This document shows, one piece after another, positions 1 through 10,280 of a DNA stretch of 64,000 nt (the stretch's first letter is position 1; the number at the start of each line of letters is the position of its first letter). The stretch is taken from contig DATGZD010000049.1 of assembly GCA_035297385.1 (NCBI GenBank), forward strand, positions 5,808 to 69,807, read 5' to 3'. This DNA comes from Candidatus Sulfotelmatobacter sp. (lineage in GTDB: Archaea; Thermoproteota; Bathyarchaeia; Bathyarchaeales; Bathycorpusculaceae). The notes under the pieces are model-generated. The model was not told the DNA's origin. It worked only from the letters and a program-made list of their open reading frames with translations, and ran no database searches. The position numbers and the translations under genes were made by a program.

Positions 1-1085
1 CCATAGCGTTGGGAAAACAACTCGAAAAAAGAGGTCATGAAATTTTCTTTTTCAGTGGAGGACGAGCCTATCAACTCTTGCAGCAACAATTCAAACACGT
101 ATATCCAGCCACACCTGTGGGATGGTACGAGAACGCTCATGGAATAATCACCACAGCATCACTTATCAACATCCTATTCCCATTGCCCGTCTTCAACAAT
201 GACAAAAATAAGTTTGAGATTAAGAATTCAAGTGCTATGCAAACAGCTCATCGCTACTACGACTTACGAAAACACATAAAAGAAATCCAGCCTGACTTAG
301 TCATTGCAGATGGAGATATCCATGCATTACGCATGGCACATCGATGGCATTTTCCTTCAGTATACATTACAAACCTCATTCGCCCAACTTACGGTTTCTC
401 ACGTTTTCTAAACCCAGGAGAACGATTCACAGAGCGTTACCTCAAAGATTGCAACAAAATCATAATTCCTGATAACCCACCACCATACACAATTAGTGAA
501 CACAACCTGGGTAACCTATATGATGTTGGCATTAAGGACAAAGTTGAATTCGTTGGCAGCTTCATCGACACCACACTGGTACAAGGTTCAGAAACTCACG
601 TGTTCGCACCCATAAGCGGACCCTTCGGAACCAGAGCAAAACTGACAAATATGCTGGTTCCAACCCTCAAAGAAATAGACACAAAGAGTATTATTAGTCT
701 TGGAATCTTTGGCAAGAAGAAAACTGTACACACAAAAAATTGTACCGTGCACTCATGGCTTTCCTCTGAAGAAAGACAAGAATACATGCGCAACGCAAAA
801 CTTGTCATCATTAGTGGCGGACACATAACATGTTTTGAAACTGTAAAGTATGTGAAACCAACAATCTGCGTTCCTACACAGCCTGAACAACTCGCAAATG
901 GACTAAAACTGCAAGACTTACATTGCTCCATAGTTGCTAGAAACAAAAAGGAGCTAAGATCTGCACTTCGAACAGTCGAAGAAAGACTAACTCAGTTTCG
1001 AAGTGCCGTTAATACTCTAAATCAGGTTTCGAACAAACATAACGGATTGAACCTAGCAGTCAAAATTATTGAAAATATAGTCTAA
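1..1085 (+). CDS. Glycosyltransferase, GT-B fold (GT1/MurG-like); 5' end cut by the window edge
   Basis: ORF 9..1085 stays open upstream of its TTG to position 3, so the gene probably starts outside the window. LGKQLEKRGHEIFFFSGG resembles a GT1 N-domain. ISGGHITCFE...PTQPEQ resembles the donor-binding C-domain. Confidence 0.55.
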   Translation, partial: IALGKQLEKRGHEIFFFSGGRAYQLLQQQFKHVYPATPVGWYENAHGIITTASLINILFPLPVFNNDKNKFEIKNSSAMQTAHRYYDLRKHIKEIQPDLVIADGDIHALRMAHRWHFPSVYITNLIRPTYGFSRFLNPGERFTERYLKDCNKIIIPDNPPPYTISEHNLGNLYDVGIKDKVEFVGSFIDTTLVQGSETHVFAPISGPFGTRAKLTNMLVPTLKEIDTKSIISLGIFGKKKTVHTKNCTVHSWLSSEERQEYMRNAKLVIISGGHITCFETVKYVKPTICVPTQPEQLANGLKLQDLHCSIVARNKKELRSALRTVEERLTQFRSAVNTLNQVSNKHNGLNLAVKIIENIV

Positions 1086-1093
1086 TTCAACAT

Positions 1094-1720
1094 TTATTCT
1101 TCTTTGAGCGCCTTCCGTTTAATAGCGCCACATGGCGATTCTTCCTCGAATATGATTGCCTTAAACGTATAGATCTTCGTACCCTTCGTTAACCATGTGT
1201 CTGGTGGCAGTCCAGCTTTCATACAGCATTGACAAAGAAATTCTTCTTCACACCAGCCCCACTCAACGGGCACTTGAGGCAACAATAAACCTTTGAAGAA
1301 ACCTTTTTCTACGATTAAACCATGCTCTCCAACCTTAAACTTCGACACATATTCCTTAGGATTATCGGTTTGTATCAGTTCAGGCGGTGTAAGCACACTC
1401 ACTTCAAAAACCACTTTTTCAAGTTCAGTTGGACTCATCGGTGCAAACCTTGGGTCTCCTGTTGCTGCGTTAATAGCTGAATCAATAACTGCTTCAACTA
1501 ATGGACTTGTTGGGTACGGGTAGCCGATGCAACCTCGAAGTTGTTGTTCCCCGTGTTCAAGTTTGTTTATCGTCACAAAGACTCCGCAGTGTTCGAACAA
1601 TTTCTTGGGCGTATTTGATGGAGGATGAATATGTTTTCGTGTCTTCAAATAATTTTCAACTGTATTTCGTGCTAGTTCAACTAAGAATTTTCCTTCTTCA
1701 TCGTTAAGTTCAAACGACAA
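1094..1720 (-). CDS. AMMECR1 domain protein
   Basis: 208 aa with the LRGCIGYPYP motif typical of AMMECR1. TTG start read from the sequence. Confidence 0.85.
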   Translation of the reverse strand: MSFELNDEEGKFLVELARNTVENYLKTRKHIHPPSNTPKKLFEHCGVFVTINKLEHGEQQLRGCIGYPYPTSPLVEAVIDSAINAATGDPRFAPMSPTELEKVVFEVSVLTPPELIQTDNPKEYVSKFKVGEHGLIVEKGFFKGLLLPQVPVEWGWCEEEFLCQCCMKAGLPPDTWLTKGTKIYTFKAIIFEEESPCGAIKRKALKEE

Positions 1721-1795
1721 TTCAATCTCTCCCTATTGAGTTGCGTTAAACCAAGAAATGGGTAGCAACTGCTAAACTAAGTAAGTTTTGGAAAT

Positions 1796-2443
1796 TTAGA
1801 ACTTGATAGATTCTTCTGTTATACCTTCCTTCGTGATTATCAGAAAATCAATTCCGTCGCCACTCATAACATCTCTACTTATGGCTGATTTTATTGCTCT
1901 AGTCACTAAGTCCTTGGCTTCCTTTAATTTTAGTCCTTCTTTGTAACCTTGTTCTATGATGCCTATTGCAATTTCTGTGCCTGAACCTACTACAGCGTAC
2001 TTATCTGGAATCAATGAGCCTAAGACATCGAGAATGTAGATTGTTGGTCCTTCTTCATCTAAGCCACCAACGATCGTTTGAGTAATAAGTGGCGCATATC
2101 TGCGGTTAAAGAGTATATTAGCTGTTAACTTTGCGGCAGAACGAACAGAGATGGACCTGCCAACATCCATACTATAGAGACTAGCTTGAGCTTCTACCTC
2201 TTTAGCAAGGATTTGCATATCACCAACTAACCCAGCGCAGGCAGCACCAATTTGATCAGTAATCTTGAAGACTTTTTTGACCCCTTTACTGACAATTAAA
2301 TAACCATATGCAACACGTTTTTCAGAAGCCAAAATTACACCATCACAGAACACCATACCAACAGTTGTGGCTCCCGGAATCCATACCATTCCACCTTGTT
2401 GAGCTTGCGGTCCTTGATGTGCTTGTGTTTCCATGTTTTCCAC
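1796..2443 (-). CDS. psmB: Proteasome subunit beta
   Basis: 215 aa. A propeptide is followed by GATTVGMVF (Thr nucleophile). Ntn-hydrolase length and GSG/GxxxD-like blocks. Confidence 0.9.
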   Translation of the reverse strand: MENMETQAHQGPQAQQGGMVWIPGATTVGMVFCDGVILASEKRVAYGYLIVSKGVKKVFKITDQIGAACAGLVGDMQILAKEVEAQASLYSMDVGRSISVRSAAKLTANILFNRRYAPLITQTIVGGLDEEGPTIYILDVLGSLIPDKYAVVGSGTEIAIGIIEQGYKEGLKLKEAKDLVTRAIKSAISRDVMSGDGIDFLIITKEGITEESIKF

Positions 2444-2524
2444 CTTCGCATCATAGAATCAAGACAAACTATTAAAGGTTACACGACCATTTACTACGAG
2501 CATTCAACTAAACAGGGGATTGAA

Positions 2525-3121
2525 ATGTTTCAGAAGATTGATCTTTACACTAAGAATATAGATAACGTTTGGTTTGGAGTTGCTTGCGATGAGGAACAAG
2601 TTTACGCTACGAGCTTCGCTAAGAATGAAGAAGCCGTCTTGAAAAGTTTGGAGGACTGCATGCCACTTAACAGAGAGTGGCAAGTTACTTCCACGCCTTC
2701 AGGCTTTGCTGAAAGAGCTCTTGCTTCAGTCAAAAGTGTATATGATGGAAAAGGCGAAATCGGAAACCTAGTTTTAGCTACTGACCAATTATCACCTTTC
2801 TATAGACACGTCTTGGAAGTTACCCGATTGATTCCAGTAGGGTATGTTACGTCCTATGGCGCATTATCTGAAGCAGCAGGAGGTAGCCCGCGCGCAGTCG
2901 GAGGAGTCATGGCAGCAAATCCCTTTGCACCTATCGTTCCATGCCACCGAGTTGTTAAATCTGATTTTACCTTAGGCGGTTATGGTGGCGGCTTAGGCTT
3001 GAAGACAGAGATGTTAACTCGAGAAAAACGTTGCAACAATCTGCCTAAAGAGATTCCAACTGGACAAAAACAGCTTCATGTATTTCCTGTTGAAAGAGTG
3101 TTAGATAAGCTTCAAAAATAG
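2525..3121 (+). CDS. ogt: Methylated-DNA--protein-cysteine methyltransferase family protein
   Basis: IVPCHRVV active-site motif and the C-terminal MGMT DNA-binding domain. I prefer the ATG at 2525, because the tracker start at 2396 overlaps the divergent proteasome gene start. TAG stop. Confidence 0.75.
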   Translation: MFQKIDLYTKNIDNVWFGVACDEEQVYATSFAKNEEAVLKSLEDCMPLNREWQVTSTPSGFAERALASVKSVYDGKGEIGNLVLATDQLSPFYRHVLEVTRLIPVGYVTSYGALSEAAGGSPRAVGGVMAANPFAPIVPCHRVVKSDFTLGGYGGGLGLKTEMLTREKRCNNLPKEIPTGQKQLHVFPVERVLDKLQK

Positions 3122-3172
3122 ATACAATCAGCACATCGTATGTTTTCTGAAGATTAGAGAACAAGTGATATC

Positions 3173-3493
3173 TTGAATGCTCCCTTCAAAGTATTTCACT
3201 TCCAAGAACTTGATTGGCTAGTCTATTTTCCAATCGAAGGCAATAAGGGAAAATATTGTGGCTACTCTGTAATATTTAAAGACAGGAAGAAAAAGAAGAC
3301 AGATGTAAATAATTGTGCCATACTGGGTGCCTTACTGGAACAACCTGAACTTGATGAACATTATCCTCATACAGTTGGCTTCTTTAAAAGCCAAAGCACA
3401 AATAATACACAAACGAATCCATGTTACATGGAGATAAGAGTCATACATAATGTTGATGAGTTTTGGCTTTTCTTGAACTCGCTTAACCTCTGA
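3173..3493 (+). CDS. Hypothetical protein (weak)
   Basis: This 106-aa TTG-initiated ORF is the only sizeable ORF in the 454-nt gap between ogt and the NMNAT gene. No recognisable motif. Confidence 0.25.
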   Translation: MNAPFKVFHFQELDWLVYFPIEGNKGKYCGYSVIFKDRKKKKTDVNNCAILGALLEQPELDEHYPHTVGFFKSQSTNNTQTNPCYMEIRVIHNVDEFWLFLNSLNL

Positions 3494-3575
3494 TAATGCA
3501 TTTTTGTCTCTGAAACTAAGAATCACAAATCATAAAAGCAGATATCAGTAACCTTCAAGAGAGCAACTGAAGATT

Positions 3576-4103
3576 ATGGTTGACCGTGGGCTCTATGTTG
3601 GAAGGTTTCAACCCTTCCATCAAGGACATCTAGAAGCTATTCAATGTGTTTTGAGAGAAGTTGATGAAGCAGTCATCGTCATTGGCAGCGCCCAATACAG
3701 TCATAACATCAACAATCCTTTCACAGCGGGCGAAAGATTAGTCATGATTCGCAGAGCTCTCAAAGAAGCAAATGTAGATTACTCTCGAATTTGGATTGTG
3801 CCAGTTCCTGATGTACATTTACATATGCTATGGGTTGCAGCTTTGGAGGGGTATACGCCTCATTTTAATATTGTCTATTCTAATGAACCATTAACTCGTA
3901 GACTATTCATAGAAGCCGGTTACAAAGTTAAGAGTATATGTTTCTTTAAACGCAAAGACTATAATTCAACATCGATCAGAGAAAAAATGCTTAAGGATGA
4001 TACCTGGACTACGCTAGTGCCTAAGACTGTTGTAGAATTCATCTGTGAAATTGATGGAGTAAATAGACTTCGAGATTTAATGCGAACAGATAAAGTGGTC
4101 TAA
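3576..4103 (+). CDS. Nicotinamide-nucleotide adenylyltransferase (archaeal NMNAT)
   Basis: GRFQPFHQGHL (HxGH nucleotidyltransferase motif) and the SSTSIREKM (ISSTxxR-like) motif. 175 aa. Confidence 0.85.
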   Translation: MVDRGLYVGRFQPFHQGHLEAIQCVLREVDEAVIVIGSAQYSHNINNPFTAGERLVMIRRALKEANVDYSRIWIVPVPDVHLHMLWVAALEGYTPHFNIVYSNEPLTRRLFIEAGYKVKSICFFKRKDYNSTSIREKMLKDDTWTTLVPKTVVEFICEIDGVNRLRDLMRTDKVV

Positions 4104-5467
4104 AACCCAGCTTTTATGGGATCTTGTGGTTTCATAAGTTCTCTGAGAACCATGGTTGCATATGAACCTCGTAATAACATGAAGCTTAGTTTAACTTTAA
4201 GTGATCCGTTACATCCTGAGATATCTTCCAACATAAAATTGCGTACTGGTGATACAATCGACCGCAATTCACCTTGTCCACTAATCCTTGGTAAAGCTTG
4301 AACCCTAAAATCAGCTAACTCTACATGCTCTTCTTCCAGAACTAGTCTCTCAAGTTCACCCATTTCTCCTTCAGAAAGTCGCTGCCTAAACCCGACAAGA
4401 GGCAAGGCTAAACGCATTTTTCCAACCTTAACTGCATCATTAATCTCATCCACTGAGTGGTTAGTAACTATTCTTCCAGATTTAGGCATGGTTAAGCCGG
4501 AACGTTCCACATTAACCACATAGTCACCAATACGAGCTTTGTTTGAAGAAAATCCGCTACGAATACGTGCACTTAAAAAACGATTAAAAAGATACGATTG
4601 ATAAGCCTGAACGAATAATGCTTGTAGCTTCATAGGCAATCTCTTGAAAGCGCCTGGAAAATCAACTGGATTCTCAGCCAAATGCTGAAGCATTAACCTT
4701 TCGAATCGTAATTGTTTAGGAAAATTTTGAAGAGCCCATGAAAAATCTTGATTCGTTTGCAGAACCTCACGCGCTTGTCGACTTTCTGGATGCTCATACG
4801 GACTAGGTTTAGCTAGAAATATCATCGCAGCTTCTTGAAAATTACCTTTGATCATGGCTTTTCCTACGATATGTGTGATAGCTCTTGTAGTTCCAAAACG
4901 CTGGTGACCGAAAAAATTAGGAATCCCACCCGCGTCTTCAAACTCTTTAGCAATGTTGGTAATTCTGGGTCTAATCATCGACTTTGAATTATAAAGTTCC
5001 TTGACTGTTATTGTAAAGAAATTTCCTAGCAAATAGAAAGGTGATAACGTATCACGAAAATATCCAATAGGATGAATTTCAATGTCTTTGATATTGATTT
5101 TTCTGATATCTTCAACAGTTATATTTTCAATAGTGATATGTTGAGCTGTGACAGCTTTTGCATCCTTGATGCCCGCTATGCTGATTCTCGTTTGATCTAT
5201 ACCAAGTTGTTTTGCGATATTCTTGATGGCAATAAATGTGTCCCAGTTTCTCTTAACCATAATACAAAGGAGATAACGTTGTCGTGAAGCTGAAGCATGC
5301 AAAGCCGGTTTAGATTCAGCTTTGTTAATGTCGGCGATTGAGTTATCAACAAGAACTTCTTCCACCAAAAAATCTTCAGGAGCCTGACGAATGACGCCAT
5401 TGATACCTTCTGAATTAGTAGCGTAAACTGTTATACCCAATTCATTGTCTAAAGCAGGAACTTGCAT
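4100..5467 (-). CDS. truD: tRNA pseudouridine synthase TruD/Pus7 family
   Basis: 455 aa. PEDFLVEE N-terminal block and AGIKDAKAVT (catalytic Asp context). TAG stop overlaps the NMNAT TAA on the opposite strand. Confidence 0.8.
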   Translation of the reverse strand: MQVPALDNELGITVYATNSEGINGVIRQAPEDFLVEEVLVDNSIADINKAESKPALHASASRQRYLLCIMVKRNWDTFIAIKNIAKQLGIDQTRISIAGIKDAKAVTAQHITIENITVEDIRKINIKDIEIHPIGYFRDTLSPFYLLGNFFTITVKELYNSKSMIRPRITNIAKEFEDAGGIPNFFGHQRFGTTRAITHIVGKAMIKGNFQEAAMIFLAKPSPYEHPESRQAREVLQTNQDFSWALQNFPKQLRFERLMLQHLAENPVDFPGAFKRLPMKLQALFVQAYQSYLFNRFLSARIRSGFSSNKARIGDYVVNVERSGLTMPKSGRIVTNHSVDEINDAVKVGKMRLALPLVGFRQRLSEGEMGELERLVLEEEHVELADFRVQALPRISGQGELRSIVSPVRNFMLEDISGCNGSLKVKLSFMLLRGSYATMVLRELMKPQDPIKAGF

Positions 5468-5478
5468 GAAAAGCGTCT

Positions 5479-5841
5479 CTACAACAATTTGAGCTTTCCA
5501 GTCAATCTATCTACAAGCGTTGCAGGAGCAGGACCAATACCCAAACATGTTACAGTACCTTCAGGAATCTGAGTTAACCCTCGATCAACAATTAAGGCAT
5601 TTGGCAAGTCTAAGTCTTTCGCCTGCTCTTCTAACTCTGTAAGGACTCTCTCGTCTTCGACTTTAACTGCAACTTTACATTGTCCTTCAAACAGCCATGC
5701 TTCCCACCAAACCCTATATCGTTTTCGGGCTTCCTCCGCTGATGAAACTGCAGCATGTCCAGCTTGAGCAGCTAACTTACCTTTACCCATTTTTAGATCA
5801 GTACGAAAAACGATGACCTGTTTGTACCTGAATTCACTCAT
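5479..5841 (-). CDS. pth2: Peptidyl-tRNA hydrolase, archaeal Pth2 type
   Basis: 120 aa. The KMGKGKLAAQAGHAAV block is typical of Pth2. Confidence 0.9.
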   Translation of the reverse strand: MSEFRYKQVIVFRTDLKMGKGKLAAQAGHAAVSSAEEARKRYRVWWEAWLFEGQCKVAVKVEDERVLTELEEQAKDLDLPNALIVDRGLTQIPEGTVTCLGIGPAPATLVDRLTGKLKLL

Positions 5842-5880
5842 AATATATTTCCTGCCATTGTCAAGTTGTGTCTTAAGGCT

Positions 5881-7113
5881 TTAAGGGTTTGTAGATAAAT
5901 AGAGCAACAAAAAATAGGCTATAGCTCCAATCGCTGCCGGCTTCATCAATAATTGTAAGAACAATCTTCCTTGAAAATCAATCTCCTCAACATCTGATAA
6001 TGCCTTATCAACTCCAAGCCTGTTGAAGACGTTTATAGCATGATCAAGTTTTTCATCCGAAAGAGAATCCAAAAACTTTCTAACCTGCAACATGACGCGA
6101 AAGTCAAAACCCAGCTTATCAATGCAACGTTTTTGATATTGTTGCAGAAAATTTGAACTGACATTACTTTTGTTAATCGCTTCAGATGCAACATCTGCCG
6201 CAATTTGAGCACAGGTTAACCCAAATATGACGCCACCTCCAGTCGTAGGCTTTACTTGAGACGCAGCATCACCCACAGCTAAAAAGCCGTCTGTGTAAGC
6301 TTTCTGTATTATTCCACTCAACGGTATAGAATGAAATGTAATCCGTCGGATTCGTGCTCGTATAAATTGTTTTGATGCAACAGGATGTTTCGCCATAAGC
6401 TTCTGCAACAATACTTTGGGGTTACCTACATTTGTTGCAAGTCCAACCTTTGCGGTCTCGTCGAGCAATGGAATAATCCACGCATAGAAGCCAGAAGCAT
6501 AATCTTTCCCAAGAAAAACTTCAACAGTATCCCTATCTATATTTTGAACATTTTCAATCTCAGCTTCGACTGAATAAACTAACTTCTTTCTACTTACATT
6601 AGATAAGTCTGTTTCTTTCAGGAGCCTGGAGCCAACTCCCTCAGCATCAACGACAATTTTAGCTGGAACTTTTTCGATGTTATTTGCTTTTTCTACATTT
6701 ATGCCGACAACCGTGCCGTTGTCAACTAAAAGTGAACTAACACGTGAGTTAAGTCTAAACCTTGCACCTGCAGCCTGTGCTTTTTCAGCCAAAAACTTGT
6801 CGAACAACTCCCGGTTTAGAGTACAGGTCACTGGCTGCTTGAGATGAACTGAAAACCTGCTCCCGCTAGGCGAGTAGAAAGTTGCATTTGAAAAAGTGTT
6901 TTCTATAATGTTGTTTGGAAGTGAATACAACCCCAAATTCTTCAAGCTTCGGATGCTAAGGTGACCGGCGCAATGTGATGGAAGACCAATCTCAGAGTGT
7001 TCTTCAAAGACCGTTGTATCCACGCCATGCTTTGCCAATTCTATCGCTGCAAAACAGCCAGTAGGTCCCGCTCCGACGACAACGGCGTTCGAAACGGGGC
7101 TCATTTGTTGCAC
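5881..7113 (-). CDS. Geranylgeranyl reductase family flavoprotein (archaeal lipid saturation)
   Basis: VVVGAGPTGCFAA FAD-binding fold and the GDAA motif (LAVGDAASQVKPTTGGG). 410 aa. Confidence 0.85.
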   Translation of the reverse strand: MQQMSPVSNAVVVGAGPTGCFAAIELAKHGVDTTVFEEHSEIGLPSHCAGHLSIRSLKNLGLYSLPNNIIENTFSNATFYSPSGSRFSVHLKQPVTCTLNRELFDKFLAEKAQAAGARFRLNSRVSSLLVDNGTVVGINVEKANNIEKVPAKIVVDAEGVGSRLLKETDLSNVSRKKLVYSVEAEIENVQNIDRDTVEVFLGKDYASGFYAWIIPLLDETAKVGLATNVGNPKVLLQKLMAKHPVASKQFIRARIRRITFHSIPLSGIIQKAYTDGFLAVGDAASQVKPTTGGGVIFGLTCAQIAADVASEAINKSNVSSNFLQQYQKRCIDKLGFDFRVMLQVRKFLDSLSDEKLDHAINVFNRLGVDKALSDVEEIDFQGRLFLQLLMKPAAIGAIAYFLLLYLSTNP

Positions 7114-7133
7114 GCTGGCAGATACAAAATCGA

Positions 7134-7364
7134 TTATTGGATGAGCTCTATGCGTCTTTTTCCTCGCGCCATAGAACTGGTACGAATCTTGCCGGCAACT
7201 TCCAACCGCATTAGTAACTCATTGAAATCTTTGAAGCCTAAATCGTCATATTCCTCTTTCAGCATGTCAAAGAGGTCATCGTCAGTCATATCACCCTTTC
7301 TGTTCAAAACGTCTATTAAGACTGAATATGCGGGGCGTGTTTTCCAAGTTTTAACCGCAGGCAT
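7134..7364 (-). CDS. Small conserved-looking hypothetical protein coupled to cdc48
   Basis: 76 aa. The ATG sits 8 nt downstream of a GGAG that overlaps the cdc48 TAG stop. Mixed acidic/basic composition. Confidence 0.5.
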   Translation of the reverse strand: MPAVKTWKTRPAYSVLIDVLNRKGDMTDDDLFDMLKEEYDDLGFKDFNELLMRLEVAGKIRTSSMARGKRRIELIQ

Positions 7365-7375
7365 TTCTTCCGCTC

Positions 7376-9547
7376 CTATGCAACAGGTGTTGCAGGTTTT
7401 TGGACTTGACGTACTTGCTGCATGAAGCTCTTATACCATTTCTCCATATCCGGAGTTATTGATGGCCCGACTTCTTTTATAGCATCTTGGAAATCTTTCA
7501 TAGTAACCTCTCCTGCAGTTACATCGCGTCTAAGTGCATGCATAGCTGCCTCACGACACAATGATTCAATATCCGCACCAGAATAGTACTTAGTAAACGT
7601 AGCTAATTGGCATAAGTCGACATCTTTTGCAAGCGGCATATTCTTTGTATAAATCTTGAAAATTTGTACCCTACTTTTCTCATCAGGTTCAGGCACGTAA
7701 ATGAGTCTGTCAAATCTTCCTGGTCGCATAACAGCAGAATCAACCATGTCAGGCCTGTTTGTGGCAGCTATGATGACAATATCTTCCAAGGAAACGATAC
7801 CATCCATTTCTGTGAGGAGTTGACTGATAACTCGTTCAGATACGCCACTGTCCGAGAATCCTAGGCCACGGCGCGGTGTCAGGGAATCGATCTCATCTAG
7901 GAACACAACTGAGGGTGCTGCCATACGTGCTTTCCGGAACACTTCACGTATAGCCTTCTCAGATTCACCAACCCATTTTGAAAAGACTTCAGGTCCTTTG
8001 ATAGATATAAAGTTCGCTTCACTCTCGGTTGCTACTGCTTTAGCTAGCAAAGTTTTGCCACAGCCGGGTGGACCGTAAAGAAGAATACCTTTTGGAGGTC
8101 TTATGCCTAGTCGAGTAAACATTTCAGGGTTTTTCATTGGCCATTCAACTGCTTCTATCAAGTGCTGCTTAACGTCTTCCAGTCCGCCAGCATCATCCCA
8201 GTGAACTGTTGAAACTTCAATGTATACTTCACGCATTGCAGTTGGAGTAACTTCTTTGTATGCGTTCACAAAATCATCCATCTTGACTTCCATCTTCTCA
8301 AGTACCGCAGGGGGAATACGTTCTTCTTCTAAGTTAATTTGCGGTAGATACCGTCGAAGTGCTTTCATAGCAGTTTCTCTGCCCAATGCAGATAAATCAG
8401 CACCTGTATAGCCATGCGTCATTTCTGCCAGTTTCTTTAAATCAACGTCTTCAGCTAGCGGCATACCACGTGTATGAATCTGAAGGACTTCATACCTGCC
8501 TTGTTTATCTGGAACGCCTATTTCGATTTCTCTATCGAACCTTCCTGGACGCCTCAATGCTGGGTCTAATGCGCCTGGTCTGTTAGTAGCACCTATCACA
8601 ATGACGTTTCCTCTTCCAGACAATCCATCCATCAAGGCTAAGAGTTGAGCAACTACGCGTCTTTCGACTTCACCCGTAACTTCTTCACGTTTGGGTGCGA
8701 TAGCATCAAGTTCATCTATGAATATAATGCTTGGAGAGTTCTGTTGAGCTTGCTGGAAAATCTCTCGTAAACGTGCTTCAGATTCTCCGTAGAATTTGCT
8801 CATAATTTCAGGTCCATTTATTGAGTAGAAATTAGCTTCTGACTCATTGGCAACTGCCCTAGCTAACAAAGTTTTACCGCAGCCAGGTGGACCATGTAAC
8901 AGGACGCCTTTTGGCGGTTCGATTCCTAAGCGTTGGAAAAGTTCAGGATGTCGAAGTGGTAACTCAACCATTTCACGTACACGTTGAATTTCTTCATGTA
9001 ACCCACCAATGTCTTCATAAGTTGTTCGTGGTAAGCCTTTTGCTTCAGGTGCGGGTTCATTGAGGATAGTTAAGCGTGTTTCCGCTGTAACTTTTACGAT
9101 GCCGTGTGGACGAGTTTTAGAAACAGTAAAGGGTATAGCGTGCCCAAGCATCATAACTAGTGTAGTATCGCCTTCCACAAGAGTTCGTTCCATAAGACGA
9201 TTCTTCACAAAATTCGTGAAATCCTCATCAACATTAAGTCGCATGTCTACTGGTGCCAACGTTATGCTCAATGCTGTCTTAACTTTTGCTGGTTTGACAA
9301 CGACATATTCATTTATCGCTACACCAGCGTTCTTTCTTGTAAACCCATCAATGCGTAAAATATCACGATTCTGGTCTTCGCTATAAGCGGGCCATGCTAT
9401 TGCTGATGTGGTACGTTTGTTGACGATTTCTATAACATCACCTGCACTTATGCCCAACTTCTGCATAGTCCGTTGATCGATGCGGGCGATACCTCTACCG
9501 ACATCACGTTGTCGAGCATCACCGACTCGTAGTTGTACTTCGCTCAA
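7376..9547 (-). CDS. cdc48: CDC48/VCP-like AAA+ ATPase
   Basis: 723 aa. N-domain plus two AAA modules, each with GPPGCGKT Walker A and DEID/DELD Walker B. TTG start preceded by GGAGGA. Confidence 0.95.
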   Translation of the reverse strand: MSEVQLRVGDARQRDVGRGIARIDQRTMQKLGISAGDVIEIVNKRTTSAIAWPAYSEDQNRDILRIDGFTRKNAGVAINEYVVVKPAKVKTALSITLAPVDMRLNVDEDFTNFVKNRLMERTLVEGDTTLVMMLGHAIPFTVSKTRPHGIVKVTAETRLTILNEPAPEAKGLPRTTYEDIGGLHEEIQRVREMVELPLRHPELFQRLGIEPPKGVLLHGPPGCGKTLLARAVANESEANFYSINGPEIMSKFYGESEARLREIFQQAQQNSPSIIFIDELDAIAPKREEVTGEVERRVVAQLLALMDGLSGRGNVIVIGATNRPGALDPALRRPGRFDREIEIGVPDKQGRYEVLQIHTRGMPLAEDVDLKKLAEMTHGYTGADLSALGRETAMKALRRYLPQINLEEERIPPAVLEKMEVKMDDFVNAYKEVTPTAMREVYIEVSTVHWDDAGGLEDVKQHLIEAVEWPMKNPEMFTRLGIRPPKGILLYGPPGCGKTLLAKAVATESEANFISIKGPEVFSKWVGESEKAIREVFRKARMAAPSVVFLDEIDSLTPRRGLGFSDSGVSERVISQLLTEMDGIVSLEDIVIIAATNRPDMVDSAVMRPGRFDRLIYVPEPDEKSRVQIFKIYTKNMPLAKDVDLCQLATFTKYYSGADIESLCREAAMHALRRDVTAGEVTMKDFQDAIKEVGPSITPDMEKWYKSFMQQVRQVQKPATPVA

Positions 9548-9690
9548 TCAGAATCCTCCATGGTAAGTTTGAATAGGTTGAACAGAGTGTATTTCCTATA
9601 TAAACATTATAAACATTATTGGGAATGTTAGATTATATATTTGTTAAAAAGTATAAAGCCGTTTTGGCTATATTTCTAGGATACGACAGA

Positions 9691-9966
9691 TTATCTGCTA
9701 GATCGACGTACCATTAAGGTTTGAACTTGACTTACACCAGGTATTTGACTTAGTGCCGTTTCGAATTCATCGACTAAGCCCGTCTGGTCTTCTGGGAATC
9801 TAACTTGAACTAGAAGTGCTTTTAAGCCAAATGCAACTGGTTCCTCGCCGTAGCCTGAAACAGATGAATCCTTAGGTAGCGTTGCTTCAATTTTCTGCTT
9901 TAAGCTATCGAAGTTTTCGACGATGTCTTCAGGAAAAACTTTGTAAGTTACGATTACTGTTCCCAT
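9691..9966 (-). CDS. Elongation factor 1-beta (aEF-1beta)
   Basis: 91 aa. The KVFPED...EEPVAFGLKAL pattern is typical of archaeal EF-1beta. Confidence 0.9.
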   Translation of the reverse strand: MGTVIVTYKVFPEDIVENFDSLKQKIEATLPKDSSVSGYGEEPVAFGLKALLVQVRFPEDQTGLVDEFETALSQIPGVSQVQTLMVRRSSR

Positions 9967-9976
9967 GTTGATTCCT

Positions 9977-10198
9977 CTATGGTCCTATAAAGCCACATTT
10001 TGGGCACTTGTAGGGTCGACCAAATTTTCTGCATTTACCATCACGCTTGATTTGGATTTCGCCGCAGTTTGGGCACAAGAATTTTGTGGCTTCGCTACCT
10101 GGCGGAATTGGTTTACCACAGCTTGTACAAGTAACCAAGTTAAGTGTTGGTGTAGTTGCCGTTCTTTCTTCCATCCAATTTCGCTTCCGTGACGGCAT
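9977..10198 (-). CDS. Zn-ribbon protein (COG2888-like, usually linked to aEF-1beta)
   Basis: 73 aa with CTSC, CPNC and CPKC pairs. It lies immediately upstream of aEF-1beta on the same strand. Confidence 0.7.
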   Translation of the reverse strand: MPSRKRNWMEERTATTPTLNLVTCTSCGKPIPPGSEATKFLCPNCGEIQIKRDGKCRKFGRPYKCPKCGFIGP

Positions 10199-10280
10199 GT
10201 AACGTTAGACTCCTTTATATTTGCTCTGCTTTAGGAAGTTTATTATCTTCGAGTTTTGCCATTAAATGTGAGGAAGGATT

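Noticed and set aside
4100-4103. Overlapping stop codons of the convergent NMNAT (TAA) and truD (TAG) genes
   Set aside because: The overlap is real, but it is a common consequence of genome compaction and I see no specific functional implication.
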